Positions 25,481 through 39,120 of a stretch of DNA of 64,000 bases are shown here, piece after piece. Made by a program: the position numbers and the translations under genes. Each line of letters opens with the position of its first letter. The first letter of the stretch is position 1. This DNA comes from Malacoraja senta. Lineage: Eukaryota. Below the pieces are notes generated by a model, which was given only the letters and a program-made list of their open reading frames with translations, had not been told where the DNA came from and searched no databases. The DNA is taken from contig JAXLNO010000689.1 in NCBI GenBank assembly GCA_038087875.1, positions 1-64,000 of the forward strand, written 5' to 3'.

Positions 25481-25794
25481 GCTTTACATTATTGACTGTC
25501 GTTCCTTGTATCTGGTAGTTGCCTGGCTCATCTTTCATATTTGGATTCTTACAACGAAGACTCGCCGTTTACTGAGACAAATTTCCTCCGTGCCAAAGAT
25601 CCCGCCGTGTGGCAGTCGCGAAGATAATTATTCTATTAATAGACACAAAATGCTGGAGTAACACAGCGGGACGGGCAGCATATCTGGAGGTAAGGAGTGG
25701 GTGACGTTTTGGACGTCTTTGTACCGTTCTTCTCGAACTGAAACGTCACCCATTCTTTCTCTCCCGAGATGTTGCCTGTCCCGCTGAGTAAAAC

Positions 25795-27255
25795 ATAGCG
25801 AAGATGAACGGTAAGCCAGAGGATTGGGGAACATTTAGAGCACAACAGAGGGTAACTAAAAAGGCAATACGGGGAGAAATGATGGACGAAAGTAAGTTAG
25901 CCAAGAATATAAAGGAGGATAGTAAAAGTTCATTTCGTTATATGAAGAGGAAAAGATTAGTTAAGACAAATGTGGGTCCCTTGAAGACCAAACAGGTGAA
26001 CGTATTATTGGGAACAAGGAAATGCCAAACGAGTTGAACAGGTACTTTGGTGCTGTCATCACTATGGAACACACGAACAATATTCCAGTTGTCCACTGAA
26101 GGCTGATAAATCCCCAGGGCTAGAAATCGTGGACGAGGACAGTGGTGATCATATTCCAATATTCTAAAGATTCTGGATCAGTTCCTGTGGATTGAATGGT
26201 AGGTAAAGTTATCCCACTTTTTAAGAAAGTAGGGAGAGAGAAAACATGGAATTATGTAGCAGAAAGTTTCATATCGGTGGTGGGGAAAATGCTGGAGTCG
26301 ATTATCATAGGTAATAGCGGCGCACATGGATGGCAGTAAAAGGATCTGTCTAAGTCAGCATGGATTTAAGAAAGGGAAATCCTGCTTGACAAATCGTATG
26401 CAATTTTTTGAAGATGTAACAAGTAAAATGGAAAAGAGGTACAGTGGATGTAGTGTATTTGATAAGGTCTCACCCAGGTGATTAGTGGGGAAAATTGAGC
26501 ACACGGTATAGAGGGTACGATATTGACATGGATATAAAACTGGTTGGCAGATAGAAAACGAAGTTTATGAATTTAGGTTCCCTTTCATAGTGGAAGGCGG
26601 TGAAAAGCCTTGTGCCGCAAGGTTCGGTGCTGGCACAGCTGCTATTTACAATATCTATTAATGATTTAAATGAATAAATTAAACGTGACATTAGCAAATT
26701 CGCAGATGACACGAGGCTGTGTGGCAGTATGAACTGTGATGAGGATACTATGTTGAGAATATGTTCGCGAAGTTAATTCTTGGGATGGTTGGACTGTCAC
26801 ATGAAGAAAGAATGGAAACACTGTGTTTGTATACAGTGGAACTTAGAAGGGTGATAGGGAATTTTCCAGAAACATAGAATTATTTAGCGATTAGATAAGC
26901 TAGATGCCGGAAACGTGTTCCCGATGTTGGGGAATCCAGAACCAGGGGCCACAGATTAACAATAAGGGGTGGGCCATTTAGAACCGGGATGATGAAAACG
27001 TTTTCACCCAGAGAGTAGTGAATTTGTGTAATTCTCTGCCTCAGAAGGTAGTGGAGGCCGATTCACTGGATGCATTCACAAGAGAGTTAGATAGAGGTCT
27101 TGGGGCTAGCTGAATCAATGGATATGGGGAGAAGGCGGGACCGGGGTTCTGATTGTGGATCATCAGCCATGATCACATAGAATCGCGGTGCTGGCCCGAA
27201 GGGCCGAAGGGCCTACACCTGTATCTATTTTCTATGGTTCTATGTTTCTATGTTT
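25795..27255 (+). mobile_element. Degenerate CR1 with internal deletions (paralog 41398-43885)
   Basis: LAKNIKEDSK..KTNVGPLK, KFADDT, and a CR1 3' tail (TTCTATG). Confidence 0.8.
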
Positions 27256-27796
27256 CACTCTTTCTCTATCTTCTGTTTAAACTAGCATCTGCAGTACCTT
27301 CCCACACAAATTATTCTGTTACTTCATTTTCAAATATTGCTTCATGTTACATTAATGGTTTATTTTGTAAGGATATTTGATTTCGAATCTCAACTTAATC
27401 ATTTGCACATATGAAGTCTATCTAATTAGCCTACGAAACATCAAAAAATACTGTATGAAAGATTTGCAAACGCTAGATAAAATCGAAGGTAGAAACAACG
27501 TGCTGGAGTAACTCCGCGGGTGAGGCAGCATCTCTGGAGAGAAGGAATTGACGACGTTTCGAGTCGAGACCCTTCTCAGCCTGATGTCAGGGGAGTGGGC
27601 GGGACAAAGATAGAATGTAGGTGGAGACAATAACACTAGTGGGAGAACTGGGGAGGGGAAGGGCATGGGGGCGAAAGCAACGGCTATCTGAAGTTAGAGA
27701 ACTCAATGTTCATACCGCTATGGTGTAAAGTACCCAAGCGAAACATGAGGTGCTGCTCCTCAAATTAGCGCTGGGCCACACTCTGACAGAAAGGTA

Positions 27797-28008
27797 ATAG
27801 ACATAGAACATAGAAAATAGGTGCAGGAGCAGGCCATTCGGCCCTTCGAGTCTGCACCGCCATTCAATATGATCATGGCTGATCATCCAACTCAGTATCC
27901 TGTACCAGTTTTCTCTCCATACCCCCTGATCCCTTTAGCCACAAGGGCCACATCTAACTCCCTCTTAAATATAGCCAATGAACTGGCCTCAACTACATTC
28001 TGTGGCAA
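27797..28008 (-). mobile_element. Short CR1 3' end
   Basis: Near-identical to 5415-5617. Confidence 0.85.
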
Positions 28009-28009
28009 G

Positions 28010-29780
28010 TCTGATTGGGAATTGAAGGGGGAGTTCAAGTGCTGGGCCCCAGGGGGATCAGATACGATAAGACGGAGTGAGCGGAGGTGTCACATCCCGC
28101 CGGAACTCCCTGGTCAACTCGTCCCTTCCCACCCAAAGCACCCCGTCCCCATGTAATTTCCCTTGCAACCGCAGGAGATTCAACACCTGGCCCTTTACCT
28201 CCCCCCATCGACTCCATCCAAGGACTCAAATTACTCCTAAATGACATCCAGCTTCCAGGCCCCCACTCCCTCTTCTTTACTCTAGATGGCCAGACAATCT
28301 CCACCACCCAGCAGGGTGCTCTTAAAGCACTCCGTTTATTCCTCATCGGCAGAACCAGCCAATTTCCCTCCACGAAGAATCTCCACCGCTAGAAGATCTG
28401 GTCCTTAACCTCACATTGTCCTTCGACTCCCCCCACATCCCAAGGCGTAGCGATCGGCACTCGCATGGGCCCTAACAATGCTTGCCTCTTTGTAGGGAAC
28501 GTCATACAATCCCTTTTCCAGGCGGACACTGGCCTAATCCCCGAAATTTACCTCAGCTACATTGACGACTGCATTGGTGCTACCTCCTGCTCCCATTCAG
28601 GACCCACATACTTCATCAACTACACCACACATTTCCATCCTGCGCTCAAATTCACTTGGACCATCTCCGACATCTCCCTACCGTTTCTAGATCTCACCGC
28701 CTCTACCACAGGAAACAGATTATTGACCGGCATCTACCGCAAACATACTGTCTCCCATTGTTATCTTGACCACACTTCTTCTCTCCCTGCTTCCTGTAAA
28801 GGCTCTATCACCTACTCCCAATTCACCCGTCTATGCGGCATCTGCGCCCAGGATTAGGTGTTCCATACCAGGGCATCGGAGATGTGCTAAATCTTTAGGG
28901 AACGGGGTTTCCCCTCTTCCATTATAAACGAGGCTCGCACTAGGGTCTCGTCGATATCCCGTGCTCCGCTCTTACTCTCCCTCCCCCCATTCTTAACAAG
29001 GACAGTCACCCTTGTCCTCACCTTCCACCCCATCAGCCGTCGCATTCAGCATATAATTCTCCAACATTCTCGTCACCTCCAAAGGGATCCCACTACTTCT
29101 TCACATCTCCACATCTCCACATCTTCATATCTCCACCCCTTTCTGATTTCCGTAGAAACCGTTCGCTCCGAAAATCCCTGGTCAACACGTCCCTCCCACC
29201 CAAACCACCCTTACCCAGATACTTCCCCCTTCACCCGCAGATGAGGCGACACCTGTTCCGTTACATCCCCCTTCGACTGCATACAAAGACGCAAACAGTC
29301 TTTCCAGGTGAGGCAGAGGTTCACTTGCACCTCCTCCAACCTCATCTACTGTATCCGCTGTTCCAGGTGACAACTTCTCTACATCGGCAAGACCATGCGC
29401 TGGTTCGGCGGTCATTTCGCTGAACACCTCCGCTCAGTCAGTCTGATCTCCCGATGGCCTAGAGCTTCAACTCCCCATCCCATTCCCAATCTGACCTCTC
29501 TGTCCTGGACCCCCTCCATTGTCAAATTAGAGGAACATCACCTCATATATCGCTTGGGTCGTTAACACCCCAGCGGTATGAACATTGACTTCTCTAACTT
29601 CAGATAGCCCCTGCTTTCTCTCTCAATCCCCTTCCCCTTCCCAGTTCTCCCACGTCTTATTGTCTCCGCCTACATTCTATGTTTGTCCCTGACTTATCGA
29701 CCCGAAACGTTACCCATTGGTACTTTCCAAGGATGCAGCCTCACCCGTTGATTTACTCCAGCATTTTGTGTCTAACTTAA
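28010..29780 (+). mobile_element. Penelope-like element remnant (RT plus GIY-YIG); related pieces at 27460-27790 (-) and 51521-52085 (+)
   Basis: GVAIGTRMGP, YIDDC, HPALKFTW, LPFLDL and YSQF (PLE RT); FTCTSSNLIYCIRC..LYIGKT (GIY-YIG). Confidence 0.85.
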
Positions 29781-29800
29781 GTTGTTTTTATTTCTTTCAG

Positions 29801-30675
29801 TTAATTTTTTGGCTGTTGTGATCCTGTGCCGCGGAAATTGTGGTCTCTCCAAATGCGTTACCCGCTACCTGGTGGCTATGGCAGCAGTGGATCTAATGGT
29901 GGTTGTAGTTAATGTTGTACTGGAGCAGTTAAATTATATATATATGTATGCTGAGTTCTTGATCACTACTCCAACTTGCGCTGTGATAATCGCCCTACGA
30001 GTCGCAAACTTGAGCTGTTCCGTTTGGTTCACGGTCGCGTTTACTTTCGATCGATACATCGGTATATGCTGCCAGAAGCTGCGGAACCAATATTGTCGCG
30101 GGAGAATAGCGACTGCGGTGATAATAACAGTGGTGGTAATGAGTTGTGCACAGGGTATTCCATATTACTTTGCAGTCGATCCAAGTCGTTGCGTCGGCAC
30201 AGTTGAATTTCGTACGTCACCTAAATGGAAAGCCTATACGTTGTTTCATAAGATCATTACTCCGTTATTACCGTTCGGGACAATTGTACTGCTTAATGTT
30301 TTAACAGTTAGACATATTATAACGGCAAATAAACTCCGCCAGCGACTCAGGAAAAGTCGTGGTGATCAGAAAGACTCAGAGGTACAGAACCGGAGAAAGT
30401 CAATGATATTGCTCTTCGCTCTATCAGCCAATTTCATATTATTGTGGATACCCAAAGTTGCGCATGATGTGAACCGGCAAGTAACAAACTATACCTACCA
30501 GGACAAGTATTTCAGCAGTCCTATGTATATTCTACAAGTGTCCGGAACTATGATGCAGTTGCTCAGTACCTGCACCAACTCCTGTATCTATGGACTGACG
30601 ATGCGAAAATTCAGAGAGGAATTGAAGACCGGAGTCAAGTGTTTGTTTACATTAAACGGACTGCTCTGTAAATAA
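29801..30675 (+). CDS. GPR139/GPR142-like class A GPCR, copy 1, exon 2 (spliced protein 314 aa, intact)
   Basis: Acceptor TTTCTTTCAG; G+TT rebuilds Val in frame. TM motifs: IPVN (TM1), MAAVD (TM2), C3.25, DRY, LLPF (TM5), FILLWIPK (TM6), NSCIY (TM7), helix 8 KFREEL. AATAAA overlaps the stop codon. Confidence 0.92.
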
Positions 30676-31009
30676 ACAGGACAAGCAATTGTAAGTTCGT
30701 TGACCTTGTAAATAAATGTCCAGCAAAATACTAAATTTCTAGCTTGTTCCACGAAGATGACTCAAGTCTCTTTCTTGCACTATTATTCTAATTGATTAGG
30801 TTTAATCCGGAGGAAAGGGTCGGCGCAGTGGGCACGACCCAGTTGTGCTACATCAATTCATTGTTGCTTTGTGAGATGTCAATGGATAGAGTACTTAACG
30901 CCGATTACATGGTTTCGCGGTCGGATTCATGACCCGTGTCTAACATACTATGTTTGGCGTCATCTCGTGTTCTTGGTCTAACACCTCCCATTGAGCGTGC
31001 ATATATTTG

Positions 31010-33400
31010 CATCTGCTAGCGTTTAATTCAAGGGGGCGAGAATACAAAAACATGGATGTAATGCTGAGGCTCTATACGGCGTGACGGGCCGCATTTTTAA
31101 TATTGTGAGCAATTTTGGGCACCATATCCGAGGAAGAATGAGCTGTGGAAAGCGCCCGGAGGATGTTTACAAGAATAATCGGACGAATGAGTGAGTTAAC
31201 ATATGATGAGCGTTCGACGACATTGGGCCTATATTCGCTCGAATTTAGAAGAATGGCGGGGGACCTCATTGAAACATACCGAATAGTGAAAGGATAAATT
31301 GGATAGAGTCATAGAGTGATACTGTTTGAAACATGCCCTTTGGCCCAACTAGCCTACAGCAGTCAACATGCCCCAGCTACACTAGTCGTACCTGGCACCA
31401 TTCAGTTCATATCGCTCCAAACCTGTCCTACCTATATGTCTCTCTAACTGTTTCTTAGACGTTGGGATAGTCGCTGCCTCAACTACCTGTTCTGGCAGCT
31501 TGTTCCATACATTCATCACCCTTTATGTGAAAAGGTTAACTTCAGAACCCTATTAAATATTTTCCCCTTCACCTTAAACCTATATCCTCTGTTCCGTGAT
31601 TCACCTACTCTGGCACGAGATTAAGTGCATCTACCCGATCAACCGTGGTCCTTTCGCTATCTTATACATCTATATGAGATCACCCCTCATCATCCTGCGC
31701 TCCAAGCCATAGAGTCCCAGCCTGCTCGACCTTTGCCTATGGCTCAGACCTTCTAATCCTGGCAGCATCCTCACCAACATCTTATATAACTGCAAAATGA
31801 CCTCCCTATTTCCATACTCGATACTCTTACTGATGAATAGCAATATGCCAAAAGCCTTCTCACCACCTGATCTACGTGCGCCTTCAGGGAACTATGCACA
31901 TGTACTCCTATATCTCTCTGCTCTACAACACTACCCAATAGACACACGACAATGGATGCAGAACTAGGCCATTGGACGCTTCGAGCCAGCACCGCCATTC
32001 AATGTGATCATGGCTGATCATCCCTAATCCAGATCATCCTGACCCGAACCATTCACTGTGTAGGTTCTGCCCATGATAGACTTCCCAAAAATGCCAGTAT
32101 ATCCAATCTCACTGAACAGCATCGAGAGACATTCCAACCACAAATGATAAGCTTACTGTTCTATAGTTAACAGCATTTTCACTGCAGCCCTTCTTGAATA
32201 AAGGCACAGCATTTGCCACCCTACAATCTTCTGGCAACCCTCCCGTATTTATAGACGACTCGTAAATTTCAAACAGGGATCCCACAATCTCCTCTGTGGT
32301 TTCCCACAATGACCGCGGATATATCTGATCAGGCCCTGGAGAGTTGTCTAACTTCATACACGATAGTACCTTCAACGTACTATCGACCGTAATACTGACT
32401 GCTCTTATTACCCTGCCCTTGAATGCCCCAAGTTCCTCCGTCCTCCTCTCTTTCTCCTCCGTAAATACTTATGAGAAACACTCATTGAAGACCTTGCCCA
32501 TCTCCTTTTGCTCCACACATAGTTGACCGTTTTGCATCCTGAGGGATCCCACTATCTCGTGTTACCCTTTCCATCCTTATATATTTATAAAATCTCTTGG
32601 GGTTTTCCTTAATGCTATTTGCCAGAGCTAGCTCCTTGCCTCTTTTTTGCCCTTCTCATTTCCTTTTTTACTTTGCTCCTTGGTTCCCGAAACTGCGCTA
32701 GGGTTACACATGATCCCAGCTGCCTATACATGTCCAAAGCGTGCTTTTATTCTTAAATGTTGCCTCAATTTCTCCCGACATCCAAGGTTCCTTAGGTTTT
32801 CCTGTCTTGCCCTTCACTCCAACAGGGACGTGTCTACCCTGACCATTTGTCATCACACCTATAAACACATCTCATTTGGTTGATGTTCTTTTCCCCGCAA
32901 ACCCGCTCCTATCAACTTGAGCGAGACACTCTCTCATGCCCGGAAAGTTGGCCTTACCCAAATTTTGCTTTTTAACGTGATTTCTCTTTCTTTCCCTTTA
33001 TCTATCTATCTATCTTAAACCGAATCGAACCTAATATGTAGAACCCTCTACATGTTGCTGACTATGGAGCGTATGTTTCTACTCGGGGGAGAGTATAGGA
33101 CTAGAGATCATAGTGTCACAATTAAAGGACGTTCCTTGAGCAAGGAGAAGAGGAGAAATATATTTAGTGAAAAGGTGGTGAATCTGTGGAATTCATTATC
33201 ACAGAACAGCGTGGATGCCGTCAATAGATGTCCTCCGGGCAGAGATAGATAGATTCTTGATTAGCACATGTGTCAGGAGCTATGAGGAGAAAAAAGGAGG
33301 AATGGGTTGGGAGGTATAGATACAGTAGAATAGCCACCGTAATGGCGTTGACATGACGGGCCGAATGGCCTAATTATGCTCTGATCACTAATGCCCTTAT
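31010..33400. mobile_element. Mosaic of old CR1 fragments downstream of the GPCR (paralogs ~45620-47965 and ~53320-55670)
   Basis: SPGPDQIYPRSL, PLFKKG..NYRTVSL and TRDHSVTIKG..VVNLWNSL fragments on both strands. Confidence 0.7.
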
Positions 33401-33954
33401 GATCTGTAGAATTCATCCCACGGGGAAGACGCTGTTCCAGCTTTAAGTGATGAATCAACTTCACTTGGTAATTTATATCGGAGTTTCGAATTACAAGCAC
33501 TGTCCTCCACTGTTAGAGTGAGGCAAAAAGGAAATTGTTGGAACATATTCTCATATTTTGCTTGGGAAGCTTGCAGCCTTGGTGTATGAAAAATGATTTA
33601 TTTAGCTTCAAGTAACCCCTACATTATTTATCTCTCCATCCCCCCATCTCAAGTAATATCAGCTTTCTGATCTCACCTTTTAGACAGCTAACAGTGGCAT
33701 GTTTCCCTTATCATTGTTACTTTTTTGCATATCTTTAATTTATTTGTTCTATATCACTTTACATTATCACGTATATATCTCGGTCTCTATGAGGTGATGT
33801 TCAGTTTGAAGAAGAATCTCGAACCCAAATGTCACGCATTCCTTCTCTCCAGATAAGCTGCCTGTCCCGTTGCGTTCCTCCAGCATTGAGTGTCTATCTT
33901 CGGTTTAAACCAGCATCTGCAGTTTCATCCTGCACATTTCGTCACACCGAAGGT

Positions 33955-35100
33955 CCAGGAAGAGAGAAGGTGGGTGCCCATGGTTAGAAACAGGAAGTGC
34001 AGGTGACTTCACTGGCCATCCAACTTCAAATCAAATACACTCTTTAGAGTGCTGACGTGGGGGGACCTCACGTCAAAGTTGAGCAGCTGTGGCAGGAAGG
34101 TCTGTTACAGAAACTCTGCCACTGAGGCTCAGCAGGTAATGGCTACGTCAAGCAGAGCCGCAATTGTCGGTGCCTACATAATTAGAGGTGCAGACAGGGG
34201 TTGATGTGGCTGCATTCGAGACTGAAGGATTGTGTGTTGCTTCCCTACTGCCAGGGTTCATGGCGTCTCGGAGCGGCTTCATGACATCCTCTGGCGGGAG
34301 GGGAAGCAGCGGTAAGTCGTTGTGCGTGTTGAGAAAAATTATGTAGGTGGGAAATGGAAGTACATTCTGCAACATGAGTATAGGGAGTTGGGTAAAAAAC
34401 TAAAAAAAACATGACTTCCAGTGTCATGATCTTTGGATCGGTTCCAGCGCCACGTGGTAGTGAGGGTAGGAACAGGAAGATGCATGAGTTGTATCTGGGC
34501 TGAGAGGTTGGTGCAGAGGCAGAGATTCAGATTTCTAGATCATTGTGATAACTTCTGGGGATGAGGTGACCTTTCCAAGAACGATGACTTACATGTTAGC
34601 TTGAGAGGATTGAATATCCAGGCACGCATGATCGCTTGTGCTGCACGGGTGGGTTTCAATTAGATTGACAGTGCGGTGGGATCTCATCCGATAACGAGGC
34701 ACATGAGAGTCAGGACGTTGGTATCGAGGGTGGTGAAAGGAAGTCAGTCAGCGAGTAGTGGCTGTTCGTTTAAATGATGCTAATTGTAATGCAACAGGCC
34801 TGATGGGTAAGACACATGAACTTAGGGCTTGGATAGGTGCGTGCGACTGGGACGTTGCGCCTATTATATAAACCTAGCTAATAGATGGTATGATTGGAAG
34901 CTCAACGTTCCTGGTTCTAGGTGCTTCAGGAGAAACAAAGTTGTCGGTAAAAGTGGAGGGTTGTTCCGTTATTGGTTTAGGACGGGATCACAGCAGTGGA
35001 CAAAGTTGACTTTACGGATAATTCGTTCATCTGACCGTGGAGCTCACGAACAAGAAAGGGATGATCAACTTTTTTGGAGCGTTCTATAGGCCGGCAAGTT
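33955..35100 (+). mobile_element. Degenerate CR1 ORF1 (SGNH esterase-like) and start of ORF2 (paralog ~56360-57530)
   Basis: Remnants such as IVCCFPTARV, RFLDHCDNFWG, DLHVS and WKLNVPGSRCFRR. Confidence 0.55.
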
Positions 35101-35529
35101 GTCAACGGGAATTAAAATACCAAACACCAAATTAAAATACCCTCGCTCAGCAGCAGCAGCAAAGACTCATGTGTGGAGAGACTCCCAAACGGACATGTAT
35201 GTTAAATTAATCTTGCTTATAAAGTAACCATTTGATCACGAATTTTGGACTCACTACACAGGCATGAATGAATGTCGGACTCGATGGACCCAATGGGCTA
35301 ATTCTGCTGCTATCACTTGTGATCTTATGACCTTATAACACACTTTGGAGTTGTACTGATGGAGTGCACACTATGGTGATACGAATGGAGAGATATACTT
35401 TGGTATGGGCCTGAAGGAGTTAAACACTGTGGAATGCATCTGCGTGGTGTAGAACTAATAGGGTGCCATACTGAAGGGTAATACAGATAGAATTATCATC
35501 TGTGGGGTAGTACTGAAGGAGAGGCACAC

Positions 35530-36285
35530 CGCAACACAATACAATACAATATAATACAATACAATAATATAATACTTTATTAGCCAAGTGTGTTTTGCAA
35601 CATTTGCTAAGTCAGTCATACAAATAAAAAGCAACGGAACACACAAATTAATTTTTTACATAAATGTCCACCAAAGGGATTCCTCCACATTCCTCACGGT
35701 GATGAGAGGCGAAAAAAAGTTCAATTTCTTCCAGTCTTTCTTCTCCCGCGTTCGGGGGCCTCGAGCCTTCCGTTGACGGGACGAACTTGACTCCTGTAAC
35801 GGCGGCGTTTGGGCCCTCCGCATCGGGGCGATAAGTTACCGCATCAGGGCGATGTCAGCTCCCCCGCGCCGACGATCGGACCCCTAGTCGGGACTGATCG
35901 AACTTCTGCGTCGTTGGAGCACCCGACTAGGCCACTCCCGATTCTGCGAGCTCTCGATGGCAAAGTCCGCAGTTCGCGATTGGAGCGATCCCAGACAAGG
36001 GAGCAGCTACGATGGAAAGTCTACGCCCCACGGTGGTTCTCAACGTTAGTGCGGTGAGGCCTCCAGCTTCATCGATGTTAGGAGAGACGACTCTGAATCA
36101 AATCGCATCTCCGGCAAGGTAAGATATTGAAAAAGGTTTCCACCGACCCCCCCCCCCCCACACACAGCTCCCCCCGCACGAAACAAACAAGATAACATAC
36201 ACACAAACATTTAAAACACAAAAAATAACAAAAGAAAGGCGAAAAACAGGCAGACTGTTGGCGAGGCTTCCAATCGTGCGGTGCA
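35530..36285 (-). mobile_element. GC-rich non-autonomous retroelement with (TATTG)n tail (paralog 57949-58697)
   Basis: Pentamer tail, GC-rich body, T-rich/G-run head. Interrupts a degenerate ~28-bp repeat. Confidence 0.65.
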
Positions 36286-36434
36286 CTATGGGGTGTTACT
36301 GATTGTGTGCACAATGTGGAAAATTATTGTGTGGCGAATACACACTGTGGGGCAGTACTGATGGAGAGACACTCTACGGAATAATACTGTCTCTCTTTGG
36401 ATCACATGCGATCAAACCTACCATGCGGAACCTT

Positions 36435-37592
36435 AGAAACATTGAAATGTAGAAAATATGTGCAGGAGGAGGCCAGTCGGCCCTTCGAGCCAGCACCGCC
36501 GTGCATTGTGATCATGGCTGATCGTCCACTATCAATAACCCGTGCCTGCCTACTGCCCATATTCCCTGACTCCAAGAACCCATAGAGCTCGATCTAACTC
36601 TTTTAAATCCATTCTGCGATTTGGCCTCCACTGTCCTCTGTGGCAGGGAATCCCATAAATTCACAACTCTCTGGGTGAAAAGGTTTTTTCTCACCTCAAT
36701 CTTAAATAACCTCCCCTTTATTCTAAGAATGTGGCCCCTGGTTCTGGACTCGCCCAACATTGGGAACATTTTTCCTGCACCTAGCTTGTCCAGTCCTTTT
36801 ATAATTTTATATGTTTCTATAAGAACCCCCTCATCCTTCTAAAATCTAGTGAATACAAGCCTAGTCTTTTCAATCTTTCCTCATATGACAGTCCCGCCAT
36901 CCAAGGGATCAATCTCGTGAACCTACCCTGCACTGCCTCAATCACAAGGATGTCCTTCCTCAAATTAGGATACCAAAACTGTACACAATACTCCAGATGT
37001 GGTCTCACCAGAGCCCTATACAACTGCAGAAGAACCGCTTTACTCCTATACTGAAATCCTCTTGTTTTGAAGGCCAACATTACATTAGCTTTCTTCACTG
37101 CCTGCTGTACCTGCACGCCAACTTACAGTGACCGGTGCACATTTACACCCAGGTCTCGCTGTACCCCCCCCTTACCTGACCTAACCCCATTGAGATAATA
37201 ATCGTCCTCCTTGTTTTTGCCGCCAAAGTGGATAACCTCACATTTATCTATTTTATACTGCATCTGCCACGCATCTGCCCACTCACGCAACCTGTCCAGG
37301 TCACCCTGCAACCTCCTAACATCCTCTCAATAGTTCACACTGCCACCCAGCTTTGTGTCATACGCAAACTTGCTGGTGTTGCTCCTAATTCCCTCTTCTA
37401 AATCATTAATATATATGGTACACAGTTGCGGCCCCAACACCGAGCATTGCGGCACTCCACTGGCCTCTGCCTGCCGTTCTGAAAAGGACCCTTACACTCC
37501 TACTCTTTGCTTCCGGTCTCCCAACCAATTTTCTATCCATGTCAACACCCTACCCCCAATACCATGTGCTCTAATTTTGGGCACCAGTCTCT
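36435..37592 (-). mobile_element. CR1 3' portion (paralog 58812-59660; absent in unit A)
   Basis: ORFs 36512-36769, 36817-37116 and 37123-37311. The empty site GGAACCTTGTCGAATG is at ~22859. Confidence 0.88.
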
Positions 37593-39120
37593 TGTCGAAT
37601 GCCTCTTTGAAATCCATGTATACAACATCGACAAGTCACTTCTCAACGACTTTTTGATCACGTCTGCAAAAAACTCAATCAGACTTGCGAGACACTACCT
37701 TCCCCGTACAAAACCATGCTGACTATCCCTAATCAGACCTTGCTTATCCAAATGCCTGTATATCGAAATAAATGTAGAAAAGGTTGCTTTTCGGGCTGGT
37801 GGCCTGCGACTAGTGGTGTGCCTCAAGGTTCGTTACTGAGCCCATTACTGTATGTCATCTACCCCGCTGACTCTGCCATATCCTTATTTCCTGCTCAATA
37901 TACCAGTCCAATTGTTTCCTTTATTTTTCCTTTATTGCATGAGATTACCTTTATTGTATCGAGCTTCTCAGCGTCACTGCCTTATCAATATTTGGAGTGA
38001 TCATTCTAATGACAATTAATGGCAGGACGCAATAAAGTGACTGGGCAAAATATATTGGAATAAGCCGTCAATATGCAAGGGTCACTTCGAGAATGGAGGA
38101 AAAGCTGAAAACGACATGAACGTGGATGGCCCATATATCCCCCAGTGACATATCCAGTGTTACAATTGATCGGTGACCGAGAACCAACGAACCGACGCAA
38201 AACCAGAGCGCTGTGCTGAAGTACTATCTACCTCTTTGATCACCTAGGTCGGACTTTGCTGGCTTTACCTTGCACTAAACGTTATTCATTTATAATATAG
38301 TCTCTTATCACAGTGAATGGATCGATTGTAATCATGTGCTGTCTTTCTGCTGACTGGTTAGCACGTAAGAAAATCGTTTCACTGTACCTCGGTACACGTG
38401 ACAATATACTAAACTAACCTTAACTAAACTAAACTATTCTAAACACATTTTTAAAAACAGATTACCCTTCATGACACAACACTGAACTTTCAACCTACTG
38501 CGTTGGAAACCTTTCAAGACAACATTATAAATAATTGCATGTAATATCCTCGGTGAACCAAACATATTACACATGCATAATGAGGAAAAATAGTTTTTCC
38601 TAAGTGTTAGTTCAATGGCCTGTGGCTAACGTGACTCTGGAGGGTAACAATTAGCTCAGAGGACGTTCCGTAATGTATAATAACACGTTGATCTGGTGCA
38701 TGTCGCTACTTGGAACGCTTCGTACGACTGGTCGCTGCTGCAGGTAGAAAATGGAGTATCCAGCGATTTGCCACGTTGCAAGAAATTACTATCCTGTACT
38801 TGCAGCGATCGGCATTCCTGGTAAGGTACTAGAACTGACTCGGCGACCGTTTCAAGGAACTGTTAGGTAGGGCGGCATGGTGGCCTAGCGATAGAGTTGC
38901 TGTCTTACAGCTCTTTCAGCACTTTCAGCGCCAGAGACCCAGGTTCGATCCTGAATACGGGTGCTGTCTATACGGCGTCTGTACCTTCTCCTCGTGACCT
39001 GCGTGGGTTTCTGCAAGAACGTCGGTTTCCCCTCACACTCCAAAGATGTCCAGGATTGTAGGCTTATTGGCTTGGTAAATATGTAACAAATTTCCTAATA
39101 TGTGATGGATAGTGCTAATG

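Noticed and set aside
29782..29800. ORF-track start (MFLFLS) as the GPCR N-terminus
   Set aside because: It begins at TTG inside the polypyrimidine tract. The real N-terminus is exon 1 at 24094-24163.
29976..30206. Alternative-frame 76-aa ORF recurring in all three exon-2 copies
   Set aside because: Non-ATG start; its conservation is explained by recent duplication of the GPCR exon.
35340..36390. Degenerate ~28-bp repeat (ACACTGTGG..GTACTGATGGAG) near the unit junction as a functional array
   Set aside because: Highly decayed and satellite-like; no function can be supported from the sequence.
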